A stretch of 62,939 nucleotides of DNA, counting the filler, from Folioceros fuciformis (lineage: Eukaryota): assembly GCA_049999805.1 (NCBI GenBank). It is 15 parts of 15 records of this genome, joined end to end, with 100 filler letters (N's around TTAATTAATTAA, not from the genome) between each part and the next. Parts side by side here need not be neighbours in the genome. Positions count along the whole stretch, not along the records: positions 46,258 to 51,419 come from JBNGIO010000460.1; positions 51,520 to 53,093 come from JBNGIO010000461.1; positions 53,194 to 54,487 come from JBNGIO010000462.1; positions 54,588 to 58,012 come from JBNGIO010000463.1; positions 58,113 to 60,947 come from JBNGIO010000464.1; positions 61,048 to 62,939 come from JBNGIO010000465.1; 9 more parts are not named here. One strand, given 5' to 3'. Positions within the stretch are counted from its first letter, which is position 1, and each line of letters opens with the position of its first letter. Positions 48,860 to 61,329 of the stretch are shown one piece after another. The notes beneath the pieces are model-generated. The model did no database searches. It saw only the letters and a list, made by a program, of their open reading frames with translations, and was not told the origin of the DNA. The position numbers and the translations under genes are program-made.

Positions 48860-51419
48860 CTCCCGCACCGCCCATTGTGGAGCAAAACTCTCGGCTTCTC
48901 CTCAGGAGTGCAGCGCATGCATCGCCCACCTAGACCTCTCCTGTCCTGTCATGGACAGTGTGGGGGCCTTGCCTGGAACGAGTTACCAATTGCTTGTTGC
49001 TTAGTGAGGCACGAACAGGCCTCTTTGTACACCTTCCTCAGGCGGGATCATAGCCGCCATAAAGTCTGGTCTATGGTATCAGGCACTCTTAATTACGAGC
49101 GGCATCAAGTCCAAGAAAGCATCTCCATCAAATCTTAACTAAATATTATTCCAAGATGCAATGAATTCTGGCCTATCTTATTGCCGTGCTCGCCTCCTAC
49201 CCCATCCCTACGCACTCCTGCCCTGGCCTCCAAATCCCCGCGCCCTCCTTCCTCGTCGCTGGTCAGGCAGGTCCTCCCATAAAATCTCTACCTTGCTCCC
49301 GCAGTCGCCTGACTTCCCTTGTTGAGGTGTGGGTGGGACCCACTGCGGAGTCCTTCCTTCACCACCCAGCCGGCTATTGCTAAGAACCATCACAGGTTCT
49401 TGCTCCACCCACGATTGCGCTTCCTCCTCCGTCAGTTCCTCCAGGACTGCCTCCGAATAACAAGGGGGCAGTCCCCACACCTGGAAGCAGTGGGAGAAAC
49501 ACCCCCCCGGGTCCTCAGTTGTAGGCAGTAAACCCTGGTCCCTCCTATTTCCACAAGCATATGGATAGTCAGGTTAAGCACACAGTCCCCATTCACATAG
49601 AGGCCAGGAACATGAGTTTCCTCATCTAGATGCTGTAATACAATCTGGCCCCCTATTGCAGATGAGGTGCTTACCCCCTCCTCCCGTGGGCTACCTCGAA
49701 CTGCCTGTCTTCTACTCTTCAGGGGTACTGGGAAGTCTTCTGCCCCTCCAGTCACCGCTGTTGTCAGTCCTGTCTTCCTAGCGCGGGTTGCCATCCCCAC
49801 TCTTCCGATCGCTGGCTCCTCGACCGTCGTTGTTTCTTCTACCCCGATAGGGCTGTCCCCTACCGGCGTGGATTCCCTCTGACCAGTAGCAACTTTGGCT
49901 ACCTCGGTCGTGGACCGGCTATTTCGTCTAGCCTTCCCTTTCCCTTTTACTCGGCTCCCGGCCTCATCTTGTTCCCGTTTATACCGGTCCGCCAGGTTCT
50001 GGACCCTCTCCACTGCAGCCGCCTCCTGCTCCTATGCCCTCAACAACTCCTATTGCATTTCTTGGTTGGCCTCGTGAACCTCCTTGACCTCGGTCACAAG
50101 CAGCTTCTACCGATCCTTCATGGCTTGCATTTCTTCCTAAGCCTGGCGTATTTCCTCCTGCGCCTGTTCCTTCGCTTCGCACAAGGCTTGCTGGGCTTAC
50201 TCCAGTTGTCTCCGCCTTGCTTCTACTTCAGTCAGTTGGGCCTGCACCTCTTCCTCTTTATTCCCCTGCATGCTCAGCCAAGTTAGTGCCCGTGCAACTT
50301 GGTCCAACATGTCTGCCTGTGCCCGGACCATGGCTGCTATCAGACTTGGCAAATCCACCTGCTGGGATGCATCTCCAGTAGCCATTCCTCCGACCAGGAT
50401 TCCTCTGCCTAGCAGTGTGCACACCCTGGCCAAATCTTCCTCCTGCAATCCCGCCACCAAGGGAGTGGCCCTGAAAAACTCCTCCCACCCCGGAAAGTGT
50501 TCTTCCCCTGGGGTCAGCCCTAATTTCCCTGCCACCTCAGCCAGTCTTCGTCCTTACGTTGGCGTTGATTCCTTGGGTTCGGCCAAAGAGGTACCTGTCT
50601 GTCCATCACTTACTGTCTGGGCAGAATCCTGCGGCACTGAATCCCTTGCCACCTTGGTGGCACGCCCGCTGACTTTTCTCCTTTTCGAAGGGCTCTTTCG
50701 CCTGGCCCCTGCCTTCCTCTTCCTATCGATGGTCGCCTCCTTGTTTGAACTTCCAGTTGCTCCCGACTCCTAGCTGCTGGACTCTGCCTCCTCCGTGGGT
50801 TCCTCCGACTTCCACTTGACCTCCCGAACAAGCTTCTACATGTGCAGCAAAGCTACTACCTCTATCTCTAGCAGACTGTTAGCATGGTAGTACAAATGAA
50901 CAAGGAAGGGGGAGATCAGGGATGGACGGGGTGTTGGTGAAACTAGATTTTGTCTCTCTTTGTTCAGCTGATCGAAGATAATTTTTCCCCAGTTGATCCG
51001 GCTCCCCTTGACCACTTCGTGTAGGAATAGCAGCATGTGGTCCGATAGATAATCCTGCTTCTTGTTCTGCCAAAAGCACAAAAGCCACCTGGCCAAGCCC
51101 ATGAGCTGGGGAGTTGCTCTCTCCCGCGCGCTAGTCACCCATTCGCCTCCCTTCCAATTCCGGTCTTGAACAGCGCTAGTGCCATTGCTGTGGTGCTGGG
51201 TCCCCATTGCTGAGTCCCCCCGCTTCCTCCTGGCTCCGCCCATACACCGTTCTGACCATCTCGACATCCCACCAAAAAAGGGGTCACATGGTTCCACCTC
51301 TTGGTCATGAACCTCGGCGAGGCCTAACTCTTCCACTAGCCCTTCGGCTCTAGCCTTCCAATGGTCCATGTTGGGCCAAAGAGCCACCTCCACTTGAGGC
51401 ATCGGCTCCGGCGCTGCTT
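48860..51419 (-). mobile_element. Second long copy of the unidentified repeated ORF
   Basis: ORFs 50836-51402, 50197-50535, 49432-50013 and 49208-49480 align in order with the 43403-45520 ORFs. Confidence 0.7.
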
Positions 51420-51569
51420 NNNNNNNNNNNNNNNNNNNNNNNNNNNNNNNNNNNNNNNNNNNNTTAATTAATTAANNNNNNNNNNNNNNNNNNNNNNNNN
51501 NNNNNNNNNNNNNNNNNNNCTTGCTGGTGATCGTCACGGGCGCTCCTGCTCCTGGCGATCGTAACAGCC

Positions 51570-51900
51570 CGACTAAACACCAAATTAGCTTGCCTGAACA
51601 CCAAGTCAGCTTGCCTAAACACCAAATTACCTTGGCTGAACACTACATCAACTTGTCTAAACACTACATCACCCAGGCTGAACATAAAATCAACTTGCCT
51701 TGACACAGAAACAACCTAGCTGAACACAAGATCAGCCTGCCTAAACACTACACCACCCTGGCTGAACACAAAATGAGCTTGCCTTAACACTACCTCAGTT
51801 AAACACCATCACATCCTCATTGAACACCAAATTAACCCAATACCCACCAAATTTGCTGAACACCATCACAACCCCATTAAACACCAAAGCACCCGGCTAC
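51570..51900. repeat. Degenerate ~21-bp tandem array, probably subterminal repeats of the adjacent DNA transposon
   Basis: Repeated CT(G/A)AACAC(C/T)A..(T/C)A.C(C/T)TG(C/G) units. Confidence 0.75.
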
Positions 51901-51965
51901 ACACTAACCAAGCACTTACATCCAACAAACAAAAACATAAACACCAAATGACCTGAATAACCTCC

Positions 51966-53093
51966 TCACCCAACTAGAAGTGTAAATAAAACCACTACAA
52001 GGATCATGACATAGTAGTATCCTCTATAATTGCCAAGTGCCTTTCTTCTTCCTTGGCCGCGACCGTTCTCAATGCCTCTAAATCGTACCAGCCTGTTTGT
52101 TCCATCATTTGGGACCAACTCCTCTATCCTTATCATTCTACTTGAGGCCTCATTCTTCCGAGCCGCAACCTCCCTAATACAATGTTGTGCTTGTTCTATA
52201 ATTGCACAAACCTCAAACAAAATATCAGGCTGTGCTTCGACCATGCTTGGAATACTCATACATATTGCATCCAAGTCTCGACGTCTTTTCAACTTCAACT
52301 CTTTTAAGTTTTTGGGTTGCCTCAAACTAGGTGTCATACTACAAGTTGTGCTTTGCGGCATTACTTCCTTTAGGTTATGCATTTCTGTCACATTGGTCTC
52401 AACAACAACATTGAGGTCAGGTAATGCACTACCTCCATCCTCTACCCCAACATGATATCCATTGGTACACAATGCAAGGCGCAAAGCATGAGAAGTATGT
52501 TCAAATACACCACAAACTTGTTGCACCTTCTTAACATGTTTGCGTAGAAAACCTTTTTGCCCCATTGCAAAACTACAAAATGCCCGCGATAAGTGTGCTA
52601 CCTCAATAAAATATATTTTCTCACTATCTTCAGAGGACATGCAATATCCCAAAGTAGACCCATCGTCTGACGGATGTGTGACAATTGTGTCTGGAATGGT
52701 TCTTGCTGCAAATAAAACATGTTCATATACCTTCTCTAGCTTCGAATTTGGCCTGTAACCACCAGCCTTAGTGAAATCAAGGTACCAATAATGACGTCCT
52801 ACCTCATTCACTAGTTGATGCAAAAGCCAATCCATACGCCTTACTGGTAGCGTTGCTTTAGTGAAAAACACTCTTTCCACGTGGTATCCTGTCTAGTGTG
52901 ATAATATAACCTGCAATTCTTCAACCACATATCTGCCAAAAAAATAAAATAAAATAAACCATTATACTCCTCACCCAACGTACGTCCAATAACACAGCCC
53001 TTAAATTACGAAAACAATACTACAACATAGAAGCAAAATACCTATTGATTCGCCCCACTATTTCTTGAAGTACTCAACAAATGCTGGTTGGCT
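51966..53093 (-). mobile_element. Mutator-like (SWIM zinc finger) transposase, C-terminal part, decayed
   Basis: AFVEYFKK*W exon, RRMDWLLHQL, and a decayed SWIM motif AFCSF...FLRKHV (CxC...CKH). A homologous copy at ~59935-60470 keeps NLCKHIVKV. Confidence 0.7.
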
Positions 53094-53340
53094 NNNNNNN
53101 NNNNNNNNNNNNNNNNNNNNNNNNNNNNNNNNNNNNNTTAATTAATTAANNNNNNNNNNNNNNNNNNNNNNNNNNNNNNNNNNNNNNNNNNNNGCAATGG
53201 AGCGAAATGGATTGCAGCAGTACGCAGACTTGAAGACGCAAGAGCTGAAGAGACTGTCACAAGGAGCATGAGCTACAAACAATCATGGACTTAACCTGCT
53301 TCAACAAGTGGGAGTGAAGAAATAAGTGTTAAATAATAGA

Positions 53341-54487
53341 TGTTATCAGCACGTTAAGGCCATAGGTTAAATATACTTAAGTCAATATAACTGTTGGCTA
53401 GGGTTACGCCCCTTAGACGAAAGGACACGACTATTCAAATTTTTAGTTTTAGTTTGCTTTTCTGCATAAGAAACTCACTTCTTTGTTGATTAACACAATG
53501 CTATTATAATTAATTAATCTGCGTTATTACCATACCGCGTCATTATTCAGAACAATCTGGCTCCAATTCACTTGCACACTTCAGAAATCTAGACAGATTA
53601 GACACCTCCTGCTACCCAGCAATCTACAACTCACTGAAACAACAATATGTAGAGTGTAGATTCTATAAACCCTACCGTTCACAAGAACATCTGAAGCAAT
53701 TTGACTCTCTTCTCAATTCTCTCTTGAATGTCAAGTCTTCTGTCTTGGAAACTTCACGAAAAGTAGACATATTGTCAAATCGCCTTAATCGTATGGAGAA
53801 ATTGCGGGAGTCAGAGTGTGTCGCCGTAGTAGGGGCAGAATTAGAAATCAAAAGCCATGGGTCAGAGATTGACGAACTCAGGGAGAGAATGACTTGCCTG
53901 AGAACCCCTACTTTGTAGTTCTCCTCAACACACGCATCATGGCGGCAGATCAGTATTCTGACCGCTTACAAGAAAAAGGCAAACTCACCCCTAATAATTT
54001 TGATGCCTGGTCCTTTTCGGGTGAGGTGTATTCTTGAGGAGAAACTGCTTATGGATATTGCTGATGGCTCGATTCCACGGTTTGTTGTGGTCAAGACTCT
54101 GGCACACTGACTCCTTGAGGAGTTAATAAGAAGCTGTAGACAGCCAAGGATGAGCTTGATTGGTTCTCCAAGGATCGCAAAACAAGGACGATCCTAGTGG
54201 GATCAGTCTCTTAGGAGATGATTCCACATATCAAATTGACTAAATTCTCACATGAGGTTTGGTCGTTACTGAATGACACTTACGAGTCTAAGGATGTCAT
54301 CTCGGAGGCAGCAGCAACAAGTCATTTTCAGAACGTGCACATGAAAGAAAGTGACTCAGTTGAGAGTCATGTGGCCAGTTCAGAGCGGCAAGAGCCAAGT
54401 TAGCAGCTTGTGGAGTGATCTTATCTGAAGGGAGGGCAGCAGTTCAGTTTCTGATGAGCCTCCCTCCAACTTACGAAATTTGGAGCT
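53341..54487 (+). mobile_element. Ty1/copia 5' region: PBS, extra upstream ORF (53514-53918) and gag start (53939)
   Basis: MAADQYSDRLQEKGKLTPNNFDAWSF..CILEEKLLMD and MIPHIKLTK are homologous to the 62191-62730 gag. PBS-like GTTATCAGCACG at 53342. Confidence 0.8.
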
Positions 54488-55129
54488 NNNNNNNNNNNNN
54501 NNNNNNNNNNNNNNNNNNNNNNNNNNNNNNNTTAATTAATTAANNNNNNNNNNNNNNNNNNNNNNNNNNNNNNNNNNNNNNNNNNNNGTCAAGATCCGTG
54601 TGGCCGGATCCGCAAGGGCTACATGATTCGCAGGTTGGCTGAAGTGAAGGAACAGGACCGTGAGCTGAAGGGCTATCCAGTCCTAGATCCCCACTATGCT
54701 TGAAGACTGCAAGAAGTGAAGCCATTGTGTCTAATTTCCAGGGGGGGGAGCTGAAGAAAAGAGAGGAAGAGTTGAAGTGGGGATCTTGGAGGACTGAAGT
54801 GAAGAGGAAGGGGCTGAACTGGGAATCTTGAAGCGCTGAGGTCAAGGAGGAAGTGGCTGAAGTGGGAATCAAGAAGGGCTGGAGGACTGAAGTACAAGAG
54901 TGTGAGTTGGGTGAGCTGACTTAGGAGGTAGGCTAGGCTTCTAGTCCTTTTGGTTGGAGTGTATGGACAGACCTATAGACCGGCTGATAGGTAGAAGTGC
55001 GGTAGGTAGCGTTCCTTGGCACTAGTTCACTCCCTTGGGAGCGAACCATAGGACTACAACGACAATAGGGGAATGTGTGGCCCCTTGGGTGGTTCTTGGG
55101 TGCAAGAAATCACTCCACACCAGGTCTGT

Positions 55130-56980
55130 GTCCGAATAACCAGATAAGTTGAGCTGCTGATTTCCGCTCCTCTGGTACACAAGGCCGTAGTGTGTTGTGC
55201 CCTTGAGGTAGCGGAAGATCCATTTCACTACCGTCCAGTGCACTCTCCCAGGGCAGTCTAGGAACTATGATACAGTATTGACTGAGTACTGTATATCGGG
55301 CCTGGTCCAGTTGGTGACGAAGATCAGACTGCCAATGGTGTGCCTATAAGGTACGCCTTCCATGTCTTTCAATTTGTCAGGTGTCTATGGGCTCTGTTGG
55401 TGAGTGAGCTTGGTGCCCATAGCATACGGTGTGGTGGTAGGTCTAGCTTGGTTGAGGTGGAACTTTTGTAGGATCTCGTTGATGTACTTGCTTTGGTGAA
55501 TGTACATAATACCAGCATCTCGTACGCGTAGGAGTTGAATGCCTAGGCAATATTTTAGCTCTCCAATGTCCTTCATGTCAAACCTCCTATGCAATTGCTT
55601 CTTCACTTCTGCTAACAATTTGTGGTCGTTTGTGGCAAGTATCAAGTCGTCCACATAGAGGGCGAGCAGTACAACAGAGGATCCTACCACCAGCCTGTAC
55701 ACATTAGTGTCGGTAGTATTCTGAGTGAAGTTGATACTCAACCAGTACTCGTGCATGGTGAGGTACCACACTCTCCCGCTCTGTTTCAACCCGTAGATAC
55801 ATTTCAGTAGCCTTAACACTTTGTGTGGGTGTGCAGGGTCTTGGTAGGCTTTAGGCTGGAGCATGTACAGTTCCTCATCAAGGGCCCCGTACAGGAAGGC
55901 TGTACATACATCCATTTGCTGGAGGTCCAGGTCAAATTCTGTGGCATAGGCAAGGATGAGGCGAATGGATTGGCTACGGACTACAGGTGAGAACGTTTCT
56001 TGGTAGTCCAGCCCCCCCACCTGGGTGAACCCCCTAGCCACTATCCGTGCTTTGAATCTGGCAACTTCTCCCTTGGCATTCAGTTTAAGTTTAAATGTCC
56101 ACTTGTAGGATATGGCCTTCCTACTAGGTGGGAGGTCGACAAGGGTCCAGGTGTTGTTCTTTACCAGAGATTTGTATTTGTCCTCAACTGCTGACCGCCA
56201 CCGCTCACGCTCAGGACTACTGAATGCCTAAGTGAGTGTAGTGGGTTCTTCAGGTAAGGGTGAGCCTAGGCCAAGTGCAGGGACTACATGTGTCTGGAAG
56301 TCGGTGGAGGCATAAGGTGGCTCCTTCCATTCAGATGGGGAAGGCCTGTGATGCGTGGAGCGACGCGAGGGGTCAGGCTCAGTTGCAGGCTTGGAAGCAA
56401 CCTGGGTTGGAGGCACAGGAGGGTCAGTTGGCTTAGCTGCATCATCAGCCATCCCGAGGTCAGTTGTCCCCAATTCCCCCTTTGCATCCAAGACAGGTTG
56501 ATGCGGGGCTGCAGTAGGGGCTAGGGCAATGGGGTCATCAAGGATGGCATCAAGTGGTACCGTAACAGGAATTGGTGCTGCCTGTGCAGGTTCGTCATTG
56601 TCGGCAGGGAAGACAGAGGGTTGGTCAGTTGGCTAGATTGGAGTAGCTGAAGGAGGTTCCCCTGGAGCGGGAGTATAGGGCTCTATGAAGGTAACACTCC
56701 TTGCAAGCACAATGATGTCTGCATCACGGTTGTATAGCTTGTATGCCTTAGAGTGCTCGCTGTAGCCGACCAGGATAAGTGCCTCTGCGCGGTTGTCCAG
56801 CTTGTGCCTTTTTTCTGTAGGGATATGGGCATAGGCACGGGATCCGAAGACTCAGAGGTGCAGGAGGCTGGGCTTCTTGTTCCAAAATACCTCAAAGGGG
56901 GTCTCGGTTGAAATAGTACTGGTGATGACGCGGTTGAGGATATAGGTCGCCGCCACTATAGCCTCAGCCCAGTAGTGTCG
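55130..56980 (-). mobile_element. Ty1/copia integrase end, RT and start of RNase H, decayed
   Basis: YWAEAIVAATYILNR, KARIVARGFTQ..DYQETFSPV, QMDVCTAFLYG, IYGLKQSGR, LYVDDL, HWTVVKWIFRYLKGT and GYSD. Confidence 0.93.
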
Positions 56981-57832
56981 TGTGAGGCACACAGCAGACG
57001 GTCAAGTTGGTTATAAGTGTGGCAACCTCCAGCATGGAGCATCAGCTGAATAACACAGCACATACCAAAGAAAGTGGTAAGAAGGTTAGCATCACGCAAG
57101 GTGCTGACACTGGGAAAATGTGGAACCCCCATCTTCAAACATGGAATCTGCTCACACGCAGATTTCTGGATGGTTTTGTTGGAAGAACTTGATTGACGGG
57201 CTGCCTGGCTTGGAGTCGGGTAAATCACACCAGGTGCTGCAGCGAGATACGAAGAACATCAATCCTTACAACTCTTGAGCCCAAATATGGCTGGAACAAC
57301 AAAAGCAATTGACTTTCTAAGATAGCGGCAGGCACTCTCTCTTGGTGCGACATCGACGACTAGCGGCCTCCATCTCCATGGTTTAGCATGGCGGCCATGG
57401 CTGACGTCACCAATTCTGGTGCAGGCTTGCCTCTTTGAGTCATGATCATTTGGTTGGGCTCACACTCTCGGTGTGAGCCCATGGGTTTCAGCAGGGCAGC
57501 TGTAAGCATGCCCTAATCCACGTTCTCTAGTTTTTGGTGTTTACTAATTACCGTTTAGCATTTGCTAATTGCCAACATTTAAACGGCATTATCCTAAACT
57601 AATTCTTATTTAAAAGGATAATTGTTTCACGCTGCTTACTCAACCTTAAGCTCACCTTTGGTATCGTGACAGCTATCGTGTGAGGCACACAGCAGACGGT
57701 CAAGCTGGTAATAAGTGTGGCAACCTCCAACCAAGAGCATCAGTTGAATAACACAACACATACCAAAGAAAGTGGTGAGAAGGTTAGCATCACGCAAGGT
57801 GCTGAGCACTAGGAAAATGTGGAACCCCCATC
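56978..57832. repeat. Pair of ~156-bp direct repeats (56978-57133 and 57676-57832) abutting the broken copia integrase
   Basis: Both copies run TCGTGTGAGGCACACAGCAGACGG...ATGTGGAACCCCCATC and are roughly 90% identical by eye. Confidence 0.88.
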
Positions 57833-58779
57833 CCCCCCCCCCAAGCTGATGAGAATGGCTGGCAAAAAGAAAGGGCTCGTCCACGCCGGGTACCCATGCC
57901 CTCAGCTAGCTGTAGGAACAGCACACTGGGGGTAGTACCATAACTGTTCAGGTACCTCAGTCAGCGGCGGATCCAAGCAAAACAAATGGAATCCACCATT
58001 GCATCCATCACANNNNNNNNNNNNNNNNNNNNNNNNNNNNNNNNNNNNNNNNNNNNTTAATTAATTAANNNNNNNNNNNNNNNNNNNNNNNNNNNNNNNN
58101 NNNNNNNNNNNNAGAGGGGGCAAGAAGGGAATGGAGGAGGAAGGGAGAAAGAGAGAAAAGGGATGGGGATGGCCGCAACCCCTGCCTCTAGCTCTAGCTA
58201 GGGCATGGCCTCCATGGCCGTTCATGCTAGCCAAGCAATCAGCCAGCCTATCGTCAGACCCTGACATACCCAGATACCCGTTCCTATGTTCGAACCATTA
58301 TTTTTATTATTATATTATTATTTAATCATTTAATATTATATATCTTTAATTAATATTAAACTAATCACCCGACCTAGACTCAAACTTTCCCAACCCTATG
58401 GCCTGGTACCGAACCTAAACCTTCCTAGGTCTGGGACCAAACCTATACCCAGTCTTATAACCAAACCAACTATTTCCTAGTCAATTAACCTAATTAGCAC
58501 AAAGAAAAATAGGAAAAATGACTAGAAAATAAAGGAAAATTAGGGAAAATAAGTTGAAAAAGAAAACTAAACCATACCACTATTAACCCTTTTTCAACCA
58601 AAACAAACTACTACCCCACACTTTGGAGGTTCACACTTGCCTGCACCCGTCCTTAACCACCCTGCACCTTAAGAGAAGGCACAAGACCTGGGCCAAGGCC
58701 TGCACCCTAAGAGGAACCCTAAGAGTAGGCCCTTGACCTGCTTGCACCCGCCCTTAACCAGCCTGCACCGTAAGGGGAA

Positions 58780-59460
58780 CCCTAAGAGGAGAGGAGAGTA
58801 TGGCCATGCATATGGACATACATACATAGCTCGCATGTGGATGTAATATGAAATGTAACATGTGGTTGGCAATTCTAGAAGTGTACTGAAACTCCTTCAT
58901 TTCAATGATTGGTTCTGCAAGTATCCGTCTAGAGATAAGGCATTCCCACAAGTTACTATTCCTAATAATACTAGCGTTGTTTGAACCTCCTAAACTATTT
59001 GCACACATATCTATGAACATTTTTTAGTTGTCACATACTGCTTGCACAATCATGAAATGCATATTGAATCGTTTGTAGTGATAGGTTACTATAGTATATG
59101 CTCAGCTCGTTTGGTGGCACCTGTAGCACCAACAATATCAGGCAACAAGGTCCACTACTTAAATGCTTTTGATATATCAACTTGTCGATGAACAGACGAA
59201 ATAGCAGTAAATGAAGGATATAGGTTGGCGAGGTCACTTAAGGTGGTAATAATAAGCTTAGTGTATTGAACAATTGTTTCATTACCAACACCATATCTTG
59301 AAAGAATAGTGAGCGAAGGAAGCCCCCACCCAAGTCTATACAACACCAAAGCAATATCTTTATCACATAGTATTGGTGTTCTATACGGTTCATAAAGGCT
59401 ATAGTTATTGAACAAAGACCATGAAAGTCAAATTTGACTTTCTGTTTTCTCTTTGACAAT
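58780..59460 (-). mobile_element. PIF/Harbinger-like DDE transposase remnant
   Basis: HTH IALVLYRLGWG..ILSRYGVGNETI, then QACD..MFIDMCANSLGGSNNASIIRNSNLW (decayed PGSxxD) and AYAWPY (AYP-like). Confidence 0.72.
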
Positions 59461-59934
59461 GCTCATCTCTTCTTTTAGGACCTTCCAAGTGCCAAGCTTG
59501 CATGTGTAGCTCTTCCCAAAGCTAAGAGCACTACATGAAGATGTCGAAAGCAATGTAAAAAAGGACATGCATCACATTGTCATCAAATCCCATATAATGT
59601 ACATCATCTAAGTAACAAAGAATGTGAAGACGACGTCTGAAACATTCCTTGAAGCATATAGTACAGCATAGGATCCATAATTAAAAATAAATAAAATTCA
59701 TATTAAAAAAAAACAAAGACAAAAGGCTATTAAGTGACAGAACAAGAAGAAGAGCAAATTGAAACAAAATCAAAATGTTCATAAAGACATAAAGACAAAT
59801 CTTCTTTATGCTCACGTACAAAATGAGTGGCTTCATAGCCATAAAACCATAACACCTACCATACTATACTACATAGGGGTATATTGATGGCATCAAAGAT
59901 AAAACAAAACTATTATAATTGATAAGATATTGCA

Positions 59935-60470
59935 GTGGTCAAGTGCCTTTCTTCTTCCTTGGCCATGGTTGTTTTTTTAAGTCTTGCTCCAACTTGTTCA
60001 TTCATTGTTTGAGACCAAATCCTTTACCATTGGCATGCTACTTGAGACCTTGTCCATCCGAGTGGCAACCTGCTTGATACAATGTTGTGCTTGTTCCATT
60101 ATTGCACAAAGTATCTAGGTCTCAACATCTTTTTAGATTCAACTCCTAAGTTTCTTAGGTTGCTCAAAATAGGTGTGACAATGCAATTTGTGTCCTACAA
60201 ATTAGGAATTTGTAACACCTTGTTCTCCACAACAACATTGAGGTTAGGTAAAGCATTGTCTCCTTCCTCTACCTAACATAACATCCATTGGTGCATCTAG
60301 CAAGATGTAATATTGGGAAGTATGTTCTAATATACCACATTGCACCTTTACAATATGTTTGCAAAGATTTTTTTTTTTCCCTATCCCATACATACAAAAC
60401 ATCCATAGGGAGTGTGCAGCCTCGATATGCCATAAGTACAAAACATCCATAGGGAGTGTGCAGCCTCACT
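59935..60470 (-). mobile_element. Second, more decayed Mutator-like SWIM transposase fragment
   Basis: DNA identity to 52035-52600 (AAGTGCCTTTCTTCTTCCTTGGCC, ACAATGTTGTGCTTGTTC, ACAACAACATTGAGGT) and NLCKH. Confidence 0.72.
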
Positions 60471-60689
60471 TACATATAACATCTTAATGTGTTTAAAGGA
60501 TATATAATAGAAATGAGGTATTTTTTATTATTGAAAAAGATATGGAAAGTCCGATCTACTCCAAAGATTGGAGGAACAACCCGAATAGGGCCAAAGGCCA
60601 AGAAGGGTATTAGGGTTCGAATATCATTCTCAAAAACAACCTACTGCTCCCAAAATATCATGATGTGGAATAACATAAGGCTTGCCTAC

Positions 60690-60947
60690 CGGTGTCGAAG
60701 AAGCCGCTTAACCTACGCTTGCTGCTGTTCTAAAAACGCATTGGCCAATGCTCGTTGCAAAGCAATGGATACACATTGTCGAAACAAGGGTAGCACAGGA
60801 AAAGAGAGAGATGCACTCCTTGATAAACCTTGAAAAATCCTTGCTCATAGTCCCATGGGGCATGGAAATATGCCCATCTTGCAAGGGAGAATACTCATGG
60901 ACTTTGGCACTTCACAACCCTCTGCGCCGCCTAACCACCCTCTGCGC
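60690..60947 (-). mobile_element. 3' fragment of CRE-like RLE non-LTR retrotransposon
   Basis: AKVHEYSPLQDGH..HGTMSKDFSRFIKEC and FRQCVSIALQRALANA are homologous to KYSPMQQGH..HGAMGKDFSRFLKTC and RVSSALQKALANT at 12045-12260. Confidence 0.75.
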
Positions 60948-61329
60948 NNNNNNNNNNNNNNNNNNNNNNNNNNNNNNNNNNNNNNNNNNNNTTAATTAAT
61001 TAANNNNNNNNNNNNNNNNNNNNNNNNNNNNNNNNNNNNNNNNNNNNTGAGTGAAGTGAGTGAGGGAAGTCGCAGATCTGAGAGGTTAGGGTCGTTGTAG
61101 TGACAAGAGTGAGTTTGTGGGCACCGAGAGAGGTGCAGCTGACCGCCGGACAGCGAGGCCTGTCCTACGCCTGATCGGAGCTGGAGGGGAGCCCTCGAAT
61201 CCATCATCGAGTTGATCAAGTCCGACCCTCCATCCACAGCAGCAAGGAACCCCATCGCTCCTTCGTGGGAACGAAACCCAATGTCTCAACGACAGTGGGA
61301 TAAGTGTGGCCACTAAAGGTGGAATCCGT

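Noticed and set aside
4813..61047. Recurrent TTAATTAATTAA motif, and gene neighbourhoods across N runs
   Set aside because: Artificial six-frame-stop linkers between unordered contigs. ORFs containing X runs and any cross-spacer clustering are artefacts.
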